From: a virus
Strand: one strand, 5' to 3'
Virus record (IMG/VR): IMGVR_UViG_3300002143_000079
Coordinates: 16,336-80,335 of that record
Length of the DNA: 64,000 nucleotides
This document shows, one piece after another, positions 42,479-51,308 of this stretch (its first letter is position 1; every line of letters starts with the position of its first letter). The notes under the pieces were generated by a model. It saw only the letters and a program-made list of their open reading frames with translations, did not search any database and was not told where the DNA came from. Both the position numbers and the translations under genes were made by a program.

Positions 42479-42706
42479 TCAACTTACTTTCTCTAGTTTT
42501 TTCAAACTATTTTCCGCCTGTTGCATGGCCCAATCCAACTTCTCCCTTGGCACTTCATTTATATCCATAGCCACGGTATCTTCCACACTCCGTTTACCAT
42601 TTTTACGACCATACATCATACGAAAGACAAACTGCCAACCCTCTGGCATCTTAACCAGATTCGTTCTAAGATACTCTCGTGCAGTTTCTTCCAAGATATG
42701 ATTCAT
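42479..42706 (-). CDS. Hypothetical early protein
   Basis: Own promoter, leaderless. Confidence 0.65.
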   Translation of the reverse strand: MNHILEETAREYLRTNLVKMPEGWQFVFRMMYGRKNGKRSVEDTVAMDINEVPREKLDWAMQQAENSLKKLEKVS

Positions 42707-42708
42707 AA

Positions 42709-43389
42709 AACAAGATTATCAGAAAACATCAAACAGTCAATAATATTACCGGTGACCGTTATGTTGGTCAGACCAATCAACGAGTTGAAAAGAGATGGCA
42801 AGTTCATAAACGATGTAAACGAAATGCTCCCTTATACAATGCATTCCGAAAATATGGCCTTGACAATTTTACATTCTCTATACTAGAAACAACGGATAAC
42901 GATTTGTTACTTGATGAGTTGGAAATCAAACATATAGCCAATCAACGTTCTTTTAGAGATTGGAATGAAGGTGGTTACAATCTCACAACCGGAGGATATG
43001 CCAATCGTGTAGTCAGTGCTGTTACACGACAAAAATTAAGAGAATCAACACGGCAATCATATCAAAATAATTCCAATAGAGGATTTCGTGTGGGAAATAT
43101 TCCTTGGAACAAAGGATTGACTGGTTTAACTAAAGCCACACAAGTTGCGTGGAATAAGGGATTAAAAAATTGTCAAACCGCTTGGAATAAAGGTAAAACC
43201 TCGACTCAACAATATAACTTCTCAAATATCAAAACTCAAGAAGAATTTTGTGGCACTAAGAATGAATTTGAATTGAAATTCAACGTGTCTAAATCAACTG
43301 TCAAACGAATATGTCAATCCAAACATTCTACTTGGATAGGAAAAAAAGTCCAGTGTCTTGACCCCGTTACACTGGAAAACGGACAATGA
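42709..43389 (+). pseudogene. 5'-truncated GIY-YIG/NUMOD3-like homing endonuclease
   Basis: Frame extends upstream of track start: QTVNNITGDRYVGQT..RW..H...YGLDNF; GYNLTTGG; WNKG repeats; no GIY or ATG after TAA at 42706-42708. Confidence 0.72.
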
Positions 43390-43602
43390 TTAAGCACTCA
43401 GGGAGAGTGGTATAGGTCCAAATTGTATTTTGTTCGGTTACAAAAGGTGTTATAAAGCACCAAAAAACCACAACATTTAAGGGATAGTTGCCACCTGTCA
43501 AGTTTTTATTTAATGGACACTTCACTAACCCTGTTCTCCGCCGAGAAAAATCGTGAGGGTTTCAGGTTAACCCACAACCTTTAGTACGACTACCAAGAGA
43601 AA

Positions 43603-43812
43603 TTACATTGATTGATACGTTTCCGACTGTTGCCACATAGCATACCACTCTTCATGAGCTTCTGTCAACTCCGAAAGAGGAACGCCCTTGTGATAAATCT
43701 TCCCGTTGAAGATACCACCGATGTTTGCGGTCTTCTTGAACAAGGTAGTCACCCGTTGGTAACCATCCTTGTATTTGACCACTGAACCTTTGACGATTGG
43801 GTTGTTATTCAT
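43603..43812 (-). CDS. Hypothetical early protein
   Basis: Own promoter. Confidence 0.65.
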   Translation of the reverse strand: MNNNPIVKGSVVKYKDGYQRVTTLFKKTANIGGIFNGKIYHKGVPLSELTEAHEEWYAMWQQSETYQSM

Positions 43813-43853
43813 TGTGGTAAGAGATTACTTGATTATTATCGAAACGTCAAGCC

Positions 43854-44135
43854 TTAGTTGGCTTCATCTTCACTGTCTTCATTCTCATCTTCCACCACCG
43901 AATCTTGAGCCAATTCCACAACTGCGTCCAAGGGAGTGATTGCGGAAAAGGTTGTCACCCACTCACAATCACGTTCAAGTCCCGGTTCCAAGTGAGCCAA
44001 CGTCTTATACCGAAACATTTCATATTCCCGTGGCGTCATAGCACCACGGCAGATGTCCTTGAATTCGTTGAGTATCTCCATCATTTCATTGTGGAGTTCA
44101 TTCAAACGGTTTGCGTCGTCCATGTTGATATTCAT
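43854..44135 (-). CDS. Acidic hypothetical early protein
   Basis: Own promoter; acidic tail. Confidence 0.65.
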   Translation of the reverse strand: MNINMDDANRLNELHNEMMEILNEFKDICRGAMTPREYEMFRYKTLAHLEPGLERDCEWVTTFSAITPLDAVVELAQDSVVEDENEDSEDEAN

Positions 44136-44183
44136 TGTGAAAATAGACTACCAAAAGTTGATAAAAAGTCAAGGGATTTGCCG

Positions 44184-44300
44184 AGATTTGCTGGGGTTTT
44201 CTCCCCATCATTTCATTACCACCCACCTCGGACTTCGGTGAATGGCCTCATCCTGTTCGGCCGTGCCCCCATTCCCTAGTAGAGTGGGCGGGGCTTCCGT
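44184..44300 (-). ncRNA. Conserved structured RNA element, copy 2 (unknown family)
   Basis: Homologous to 39931-40047 with compensatory changes. Confidence 0.72.
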
Positions 44301-44417
44301 TTAGTTCGGCCCGTCTCGTTCGGCTTCATAAACCCGGTTAGGGTAAAGAGTTACACCAAACTTTGCCGTGATGATTCGTTTCACACGAACGTTGATGTAC
44401 TTAGGTAGGTCTTTCAT
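44301..44417 (-). CDS. 38-aa peptide ending ERDGPN
   Basis: MKDLPKYINVRVKRIITAKFGVTLYPNRVYEAERDGPN; ATG 8 nt after -10 box. Confidence 0.65.
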   Translation of the reverse strand: MKDLPKYINVRVKRIITAKFGVTLYPNRVYEAERDGPN

Positions 44418-44460
44418 ATGGGAACATGTTATCAAAGATATTCAGGTTGTCAACAGGTTT

Positions 44461-44613
44461 TTATACATCTTCTGCACAACCATGATGTCCACAGCAGGGA
44501 CGAGGCTCACTATGTGGATTCATGTCCTTGTCAAAAGAACACTCACCATCGGTGCAAACGCCACAGATATGACAGCCCGGTTCATCGTCATCGGTGAATG
44601 ATTTCTCAGGCAT
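44461..44613 (-). CDS. Stand-alone 50-aa Cys/His-rich domain
   Basis: CHICGV...CSFDKDMNPHSEPRPCCGHHGCAEDV matches the C-termini of the 37360 and 37923 paralogs. Confidence 0.8.
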   Translation of the reverse strand: MPEKSFTDDDEPGCHICGVCTDGECSFDKDMNPHSEPRPCCGHHGCAEDV

Positions 44614-44625
44614 ATGTTTGAAAGG

Positions 44626-44820
44626 TTAGGCCGCAACAATCTCGCAGCCATACACAGACGGAAAGAATGCGCCATGCTCTGTGTAGATTCGTCCGGTGCT
44701 GGCGGAATGTTTTGGAGCGGCAAAGTCAGTCACCTTGCTATTGTCACCACGAAAATCTGTCACCGTGTCACCGATTTGAACTTCTTGCTTGGTCTTGAAG
44801 TTGATGAGCTTGTGTTTCAT
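44626..44820 (-). CDS. Hypothetical early protein
   Basis: Own promoter. Confidence 0.65.
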   Translation of the reverse strand: MKHKLINFKTKQEVQIGDTVTDFRGDNSKVTDFAAPKHSASTGRIYTEHGAFFPSVYGCEIVAA

Positions 44821-44864
44821 ATGTAATGACTATACTTGATTTGTTTGGAATGTCAACGATTATT

Positions 44865-45068
44865 TTACAGTCGTTCAAATCCCGGCTTGAAGCATTTGCT
44901 GAAACATACTCGGCACATGAACACCGGCATCTTATGTTCTTTGCAGACGCCACAAGATTGATGAGCAAGTTGACCAGCATCAGGGCAGTTGCACCGCTCC
45001 AAGTCATCCTGTTCAGGCGCACGACCCGTTGCCGTTGTAAAATCTTCAATTGTCCAAGTAGCTTCCAT
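44865..45068 (-). CDS. Cys-rich hypothetical protein
   Basis: DDLERCNC...HQSCGVC..H...FMC. Confidence 0.65.
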   Translation of the reverse strand: MEATWTIEDFTTATGRAPEQDDLERCNCPDAGQLAHQSCGVCKEHKMPVFMCRVCFSKCFKPGFERL

Positions 45069-45074
45069 ATGCGA

Positions 45075-45350
45075 TTACTTTATCAGATTTTTATTGGTTG
45101 TCAATCCACTTCTTGCAGATATATCACCAAACTTTTTCTGGAAACCTTCAAAAATCAAATCACTTTCCTTTTCCCAATCGTTATCTGCTTTCAATCTATT
45201 GTAGATATACTTAGGATTAGAATAATCGGCATGAGCGATATTACGAGCGTGGTTATGACGTTGCCAACAAGCTGTTTGCGCTTCACCATGCATTTTTTTC
45301 AAATCACTTGGCCATCCAGCAATTTGTTTTGATTCTGAAACTGTTTTCAT
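45075..45350 (-). CDS. Hypothetical protein
   Basis: 91-aa ORF. Confidence 0.55.
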   Translation of the reverse strand: MKTVSESKQIAGWPSDLKKMHGEAQTACWQRHNHARNIAHADYSNPKYIYNRLKADNDWEKESDLIFEGFQKKFGDISARSGLTTNKNLIK

Positions 45351-45718
45351 TGGATATAAATTACCAGAGATATTATATCAAAAAAATCATCTAATCACAT
45401 GAAAATTATCACTTGACGAGATGATTCGTGCCACATCACATGGTTTTAGAATCCACCAAGGAATGTCAAGACCCATCTTGCATTACCGTCCTGCTTGACC
45501 TCAAAGGTCGCCGTTGAACCAGTGAAATCAATGAGGAACTTTGCCAGTTCGTTCAGGTCGTTGAAGTAGATTTTTCCGTTCATTGTGATAATATAGTAGA
45601 AATATCTAATTTGTCAACATTTGTTTATAGAAAGTAAAAATAATTGCATAGTAGCTACTGGTTACGGCTCTTTTTCGCTATTCTCCACGGCTTAAATTGT
45701 GGACGCTATGCAAATTGG

Positions 45719-45949
45719 TTACTGGAGTGCTTGTATTGCACGTTGGAATGTCGTCCAACGGTTTCCGGGCAATCCACTCTTGTTCTGGAGGTCACGAACG
45801 GTGGAGTTCTCGTAACGGTCCATGAAAACCCCAAAGGTGATTTCCTCATCCCAAGAGGATTGGAGGTTTTTACGATTCCAACCATCGGGGTCAATAACTT
45901 CAACACCAAGAACCGCACACCAGACAGTAGAAGTCAGTTTGATTTTCAT
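45719..45949 (-). CDS. Hypothetical protein (DPDGW motif)
   Basis: Own promoter; IDPDGWNR. Confidence 0.65.
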   Translation of the reverse strand: MKIKLTSTVWCAVLGVEVIDPDGWNRKNLQSSWDEEITFGVFMDRYENSTVRDLQNKSGLPGNRWTTFQRAIQALQ

Positions 45950-45980
45950 ACTTAATAGACTACTATTGTTTTATAAAATG

Positions 45981-46232
45981 TCAACCCACAATCGTCGAGT
46001 GAACAAAGATTTGTTCCAATTTCTTCATGGCTTTCTTTTTGTCATACTCATGACCGATGAAATGACACGTATCACCAATCCCCGTATAGATTCTCCATGC
46101 GTTTTTGTCAGTCGAAGAATCATTTGGTTTGGTTATGAATCCACTTTCATCACCAAAGATACTGATAACAAACAGGTTTGGAATGCTGCTAGTTTTGTTG
46201 GTGACTCGTTTCCAAGTAATCATTGGTTTCAT
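45981..46232 (-). CDS. Hypothetical early protein
   Basis: Own promoter; stop inside next TTGAC. Confidence 0.65.
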   Translation of the reverse strand: MKPMITWKRVTNKTSSIPNLFVISIFGDESGFITKPNDSSTDKNAWRIYTGIGDTCHFIGHEYDKKKAMKKLEQIFVHSTIVG

Positions 46233-46479
46233 TGGAAATAGATTACTGGATATTTATAAAAAGTCAACGACTTTCGTACGTGTGGAGAAAAATAATGGTC
46301 CATGCAATCATGAGCACCACTATCAATCCAAAATTGGCAAGACTAAACTTCTTGGTATCGAAGTCATAGATTGGATACCCAAACATTGAAGCAAGGGCAC
46401 CAATGACGAATGCGCCGATAAGAAAGGCTTGGTGTGTCATGGGTTTTAGAGTATGTCAGTTATTATCGAATGTCAACAA

Positions 46480-46683
46480 TTAATTCTTTTCTTCCAAGAT
46501 GGCTTCAAGTGTGCGTGCGAAATACACTTCCCCGGTTTCGATGCCCGCATAGTAGGCATCGTCAATGTTACCACCCGCCGCATCATCGGGTAGAAAATCC
46601 TCACGGTCTGGACCAACCTTTTTTGCAGCGGTTTCGGTGATGAGGGCGACAATCTTCGCCAACTTTTCGTTTGAAATAAGCAT
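46480..46683 (-). CDS. Hypothetical protein
   Basis: GGNIDDAY motif; follows 46689 gene. Confidence 0.6.
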   Translation of the reverse strand: MLISNEKLAKIVALITETAAKKVGPDREDFLPDDAAGGNIDDAYYAGIETGEVYFARTLEAILEEKN

Positions 46684-46688
46684 AAATT

Positions 46689-47276
46689 TTAACGGTTAAC
46701 CAACGAGTAAACCACACTCGGCTTACCCCGACCCGAATCAGTCTTGACTCGAGCAACTTCGACGAGCACACCACCCTCCATTTCCTTTTTGATATGGTTG
46801 TAGATGAGTGCGGGATTCCAACCAACACTGTTCACCAAGGCCAAGTCTTTCATGGTGAATCGCTCGGTAGCAGGATAGACCAACTCAGGCCTTTCATTAC
46901 GAGCCCGACCAACCAGACGGGGTGCAACTTCCGTTTCATCACCATCATCGCTTGTATCCACCGTGGCGACTTTGCCTTCAACCAATTCCTGATACTTCAC
47001 CATTGCGGCACCCAATCGGAGGAAACTCCATGCAGTGCGACCAAACTTCTCATTCGAGGGATACTGTTCGGTATCGTCCTCCAAGGTCTGCTTGAAGATT
47101 TGATGACCCTTCTTTAAGAGTTTGATACGAAACACTTCGTGATCCTTCAAGGTGCCATCCTCACGATGACGAGCATAGAGAGCCACCGTCTCGGTGCGAG
47201 TAACCTGTTTGTAGGTCAGAGGATTGGCACTGTAACCACCAGCACCACTAACGAATTCCGTTTCAAGTGAAATCAT
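46689..47276 (-). CDS. Hypothetical protein, possible C-terminal winged helix
   Basis: YPSNEKFGRTAWSF; ends GRGKPSVVYSL. Confidence 0.65.
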   Translation of the reverse strand: MISLETEFVSGAGGYSANPLTYKQVTRTETVALYARHREDGTLKDHEVFRIKLLKKGHQIFKQTLEDDTEQYPSNEKFGRTAWSFLRLGAAMVKYQELVEGKVATVDTSDDGDETEVAPRLVGRARNERPELVYPATERFTMKDLALVNSVGWNPALIYNHIKKEMEGGVLVEVARVKTDSGRGKPSVVYSLVNR

Positions 47277-47318
47277 GTGAGTAGATTACCAGTGGTTTAT
47301 AAAAAGTCAATAGACCAT

Positions 47319-47715
47319 TTACTTTTTGTTCAACTTTTTATGAGCCGCAACCAGTGCCTTGAGAACGGTGATAGGAAACGTCTGACAACCAACTTTGACG
47401 GTATCCTTGGAAACAATCGCGGTGTATGAATCATTCAAGACCACTTCCACCGAATCACCATTTTTCAAATAATCCTTGAGATTGGAGACTTCAGCGAGGC
47501 TGAATTCCTTTCTATCTTGCAATGTGCGCCTACCGGAGATAACATTGACGTCAAAAATGACGTAAGGATATGCCGAAACTCCATTTCCCTCCATGGTTTC
47601 AGTCAATGCCTTTGGGCCAATGGGGATACCAGTTAGATTGGAAAGGATGGTGAGTGCAGCCAGTTTTTCAACTTGGTTGTTGACTTTGATGTCAAGGGTT
47701 ATTTCACGTAGGGAT
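47319..47715 (-). pseudogene. Start-less paralog of 48177..48584
   Basis: LDIKVNNQVEKLAALTILS...YTAIVSKDTVKVGCQTF vs VSIKVKNQRENDLAILFLS...YQAIVSADGVTVEGITF; no start codon before the homologous N-terminus. Confidence 0.6.
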
Positions 47716-47934
47716 TACAACCATTCACAGTCATTCCCACAATCAGAATGAGGATTGTAAAGAAGGTTGCGACGATTCTGACTTTTTCTTCGTTGAATGG
47801 TTCCATGATAATTCAAAAAGCATTGGGGTTTTTTCGGATTATCGAAGGTTTACCCCAAACCTTACTTCATATTCCCTCAACACCATCACCTTACCAAACT
47901 TCTTTTAATTGTCAACTATCTTTCGACTTTTTAT

Positions 47935-48150
47935 TTAGTCCTTTTTGACGGTGGTAGTGGACTTAAACAAGAAGCCACAGAGCACCATCAATCCCCAAGC
48001 CTGAGCCCAAGTGATTGTGCCCAGTCCAAACAGAATTGGCATAATCCAATCCCACAACCACATCACCGGAAGGGCCAGTAGAGCACTGAATACCACGATG
48101 AGAATGACGCCACCCAAAAGAATACCGATTGCAGCAAAGATTTTTTCCAT
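47935..48150 (-). CDS. Small membrane protein
   Basis: Hydrophobic; WLWDWIMP.LFGL..ITW.QA.GL. Confidence 0.7.
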   Translation of the reverse strand: MEKIFAAIGILLGGVILIVVFSALLALPVMWLWDWIMPILFGLGTITWAQAWGLMVLCGFLFKSTTTVKKD

Positions 48151-48176
48151 AATTATTTTATTGATTTGTTGTTTGT

Positions 48177-48584
48177 TTACTTCTTGAACTTGTTAACGAC
48201 ATTGGTCAGATTCAACACGCCGTCATGGGAGAAGGTGATTCCCTCAACCGTCACACCGTCAGCGGATACAATGGCCTGATAACCATTTCCAACGTCAACG
48301 GATTCATCGGAAGGTTCAAGCAGGAACTCGAGCAACTCACCCAAACGAGCCACGGTGAAGGTCTTTGCTCGGGCATATTTATGACCATCTATTTTATTGA
48401 ATCCTTCCACCACGGCGAGATATGGATATTCCCTAGTAAACTCATACAAATCACCACCTTTTTGCAAGGTATCGGGAACCTTGGCACCAACAATTTGTGA
48501 GAGGAATAGAATGGCCAAGTCATTTTCCCGTTGGTTTTTGACTTTGATGGATACGTCTGCGAGATTATCTTGATTGATTTTCAT
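48177..48584 (-). CDS. Hypothetical early protein
   Basis: Own promoter; paralog nearby. Confidence 0.7.
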   Translation of the reverse strand: MKINQDNLADVSIKVKNQRENDLAILFLSQIVGAKVPDTLQKGGDLYEFTREYPYLAVVEGFNKIDGHKYARAKTFTVARLGELLEFLLEPSDESVDVGNGYQAIVSADGVTVEGITFSHDGVLNLTNVVNKFKK

Positions 48585-48593
48585 GTATAGAGA

Positions 48594-48845
48594 TTACACG
48601 GTTTTGATAAAACTGTCAACCTTATTCATAAGGTCTGGATAGGATGTACCGTGGATTTTTTGTTCACCTTTGGTATCCCCATTGGTAAAGCTAAGGGTGG
48701 CTTCAAACTTCCACGCACCAACTTTGCTCCACACATCGGGGTAACAGTGAACGAATATACGGTCGATTTTACTCTTTTCAAAGGGGTTTTTCAGGATTGA
48801 CGGTGTTCCCGAAAAACCCCACAAGGCACCATTTAGTAGGTTCAT
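48594..48845 (-). CDS. Hypothetical protein
   Basis: 83-aa ORF. Confidence 0.6.
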   Translation of the reverse strand: MNLLNGALWGFSGTPSILKNPFEKSKIDRIFVHCYPDVWSKVGAWKFEATLSFTNGDTKGEQKIHGTSYPDLMNKVDSFIKTV

Positions 48846-48848
48846 TGG

Positions 48849-49073
48849 TTATTCGGTGAAATTGTAGAAACCGACATAACGGGTGGTGTTTCCGTCGATG
48901 TCAGAGTTATCGAAACCATCCGTCTTGGGATTGGCCTTTTCGATTTCCGCGTGAATGGAGTGAAGCAAATCCATCTTGGCGTCATACTCTTGCAGCGACT
49001 GGCGCTGGTCCAAGGTCAGACGTTCGTTGATGGAGAGTTTCAGATTCGTGGAGAGGTTCGTTTTGTTATTCAT
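48849..49073 (-). CDS. Hypothetical early protein
   Basis: Own promoter. Confidence 0.6.
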   Translation of the reverse strand: MNNKTNLSTNLKLSINERLTLDQRQSLQEYDAKMDLLHSIHAEIEKANPKTDGFDNSDIDGNTTRYVGFYNFTE

Positions 49074-49676
49074 TGTGAAAAAAGATTACTACACATTTAG
49101 AAAAAGTCAACAGTCAATCGGCCTTTTTATGAAAAAAGTTTAGACGTATTGGTAGTCCACTTTTTCCTGCAACAGATTGAGATTGAATTCAATCTCACGA
49201 TACGTCTTGTCAAGGGATATTTTCCTGAGTGCGAATGGAGTCCACACTATCTCGCCGTTCGGTAGTTCTTTCTCTTTACGCATCGGCAACTTCCGTGGTT
49301 TAAGAAAACGAATCTTAATAAGTAGTTAATCGTTAGGGAGATACACGTCACCATGCAAAAACACCGTATCGTTGCGAAGCAGTTCATTCAGGGGAACGTC
49401 AACCAACACGTAACCCATATTCATAATCTGTTCCATTGTCAATCCATTATTCTTGCGAATGAGAGAAAGAATATGAAACGGAGTGGCCAGTTTGACTGGA
49501 TTAATGTCGTCGTTGTCTTCGGTAAATTTCATTTTAGAAATGGTTAGCTGGTTCAACCTTCGGGTGAATGAATACATCATCGTCACCACAAGTCGTATCA
49601 TGTTCCACAAAACATGGAAAGTCAACTTCTTTCGCATTGGTCAAGTTCTGCAACTGTCTGATATACTCCGGTTTAT

Positions 49677-51015
49677 CAATTCTTTAGACATAATGGAGCG
49701 ATTTTTTTGTGAATGTTTCTCAAACTCGATGGAAATATTTACAAAAAAATCGCGTATTTGTAAAAAATATTGTAATTTTACAAAAGTTTAGACTATTTAA
49801 TATTAGAATGAAGTTAATACATAAGTCATACAAGTTTAGAATCACTCCTGACAAAGAGCAGATTGAATTGCTTGCAAAACATTTTGGGGCTTGTAGATTT
49901 GTGTTTAATCGTTACTTGAATAGTAGAAAAGAAACATATCTTGAAGAAAAGAAATCACTCAATTACTATGATAATGCAAATGACTTGACTGTTCTGAAAA
50001 AAGATGAACAGTTTGTTTGGCTTAAAGAAATTAACTCTCAAAGTTTACAATCATCACTTAGAAATTTAGATACTGCTTACAATAAGTTTTTTAGAAAGCA
50101 AACTAAATTTCCAAGATTTAAAAACAAGTTTGACAAACAAAGTTTTACAATACCACAATCGGTGTATATTGAAGATGGTAAATTACAGATACCTAAATTC
50201 AAAAAAGGTATTGAAATAAATTTACATAGAGAAATTGAAGGCAAACTTCTTTTTGCAACAATATCAAAATCAACAACAGGAAAGTATTATGTAAGCATCA
50301 CTTGTGAAGTAGAATATATTCCATTTGAAAAAACAAACACAAAGGTAGGTATTGATACGGGAATTAAGGATTTAGCTATACTTTCAGATGGTAAGGTGTA
50401 TGAAAACATAAAGACACTAAAAACCAACTTAAAGAAGTTAAAATATGAACAAAGACAATTATCTAAAAAAGTAAAAGGAAGCAATTCCAGATTAAAACAA
50501 AAATCAAAACTTGCAACAATACACGAAAAAGTAACCAATATCAGAAAAGACTATTTGCATAAAGTTAGTACAGAAATCATCAAAAACCACGATGTAATTT
50601 GTATTGAAGATTTAGCTGTGAAAAATATGATGAAGAATCATAAATTAGCACAAGCCTTTTCTGATGTTTCGTTGGGTACTTTTTACACTATGCTTGAATA
50701 TAAAGCTAATTGGAACGATAAGACGGTTGTTAAGATTGACCGATTCTTTCCAAGTAGTAAAACCTGTAATGTTTGTAATTACATAAATCAAGACCTAACT
50801 CTAAAAGATAGAGAATGGACTTGTAAAAGTTGTAATACTGTACACGACAGAGATTTTAATGCAAGCGTGAATATTAAAAAACAAGGTTTAAAAATACTAT
50901 CTGGTTTAGGAACTAACTCGGATGTAAAACAAAAACGGAGTAAGGCGTTACCATTAGGTGAGTCTATGACCTCCGAAGCCCATCCCATCAGCTTTGCTGT
51001 GGGTGGGTAGTTCAC
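49677..51015 (+). mobile_element. IS200/IS605-family element carrying only tnpB
   Basis: Right end GAAGCCC...GGGTAGTTCAC ending 51015; 22-bp imperfect hairpin 49698-49753; inferred left junction after TTTAT (49672-49676); no tnpA; opposite strand to neighbours. Confidence 0.75.
49808..51010 (+). CDS. tnpB: RNA-guided endonuclease TnpB
   Basis: YKFRI.P...FGACRFVFN; RuvC residues intact GIDTG, IEDL, DRDFNA; zinc ribbon CNVC...CKSC; start set at ATG 49808. Confidence 0.93.
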   Translation: MKLIHKSYKFRITPDKEQIELLAKHFGACRFVFNRYLNSRKETYLEEKKSLNYYDNANDLTVLKKDEQFVWLKEINSQSLQSSLRNLDTAYNKFFRKQTKFPRFKNKFDKQSFTIPQSVYIEDGKLQIPKFKKGIEINLHREIEGKLLFATISKSTTGKYYVSITCEVEYIPFEKTNTKVGIDTGIKDLAILSDGKVYENIKTLKTNLKKLKYEQRQLSKKVKGSNSRLKQKSKLATIHEKVTNIRKDYLHKVSTEIIKNHDVICIEDLAVKNMMKNHKLAQAFSDVSLGTFYTMLEYKANWNDKTVVKIDRFFPSSKTCNVCNYINQDLTLKDREWTCKSCNTVHDRDFNASVNIKKQGLKILSGLGTNSDVKQKRSKALPLGESMTSEAHPISFAVGG

Positions 51016-51028
51016 ACAAAGTCAACAA

Positions 51029-51301
51029 TTACTTTGATTCAATAATCGTGACGTCACCTTGCACCAAACCAAACGAGGATGATTCCGCAAACTTGTATGT
51101 CTCTGCCACATCGTTGGTTGTCATTGGTCGAGTGAGAAGCCACATGTTGTCTTGTTTCCAAGTGACATTCACCAACTTGCGGCCCGGTGGCAACTTCTCG
51201 GTGGCCGACCCACCAAAGTTACGAGCACGTTGATTTTCGGTGCAACCAACCAAAACGAGGGCGAGTGAGAGAACGATAAAGAGTTTATTCATATAGGTCA
51301 C
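51029..51301 (-). CDS. Putative lipoprotein
   Basis: Signal peptide with lipobox LVGC. Confidence 0.7.
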   Translation of the reverse strand: MTYMNKLFIVLSLALVLVGCTENQRARNFGGSATEKLPPGRKLVNVTWKQDNMWLLTRPMTTNDVAETYKFAESSSFGLVQGDVTIIESK

Positions 51302-51308
51302 ATATACC

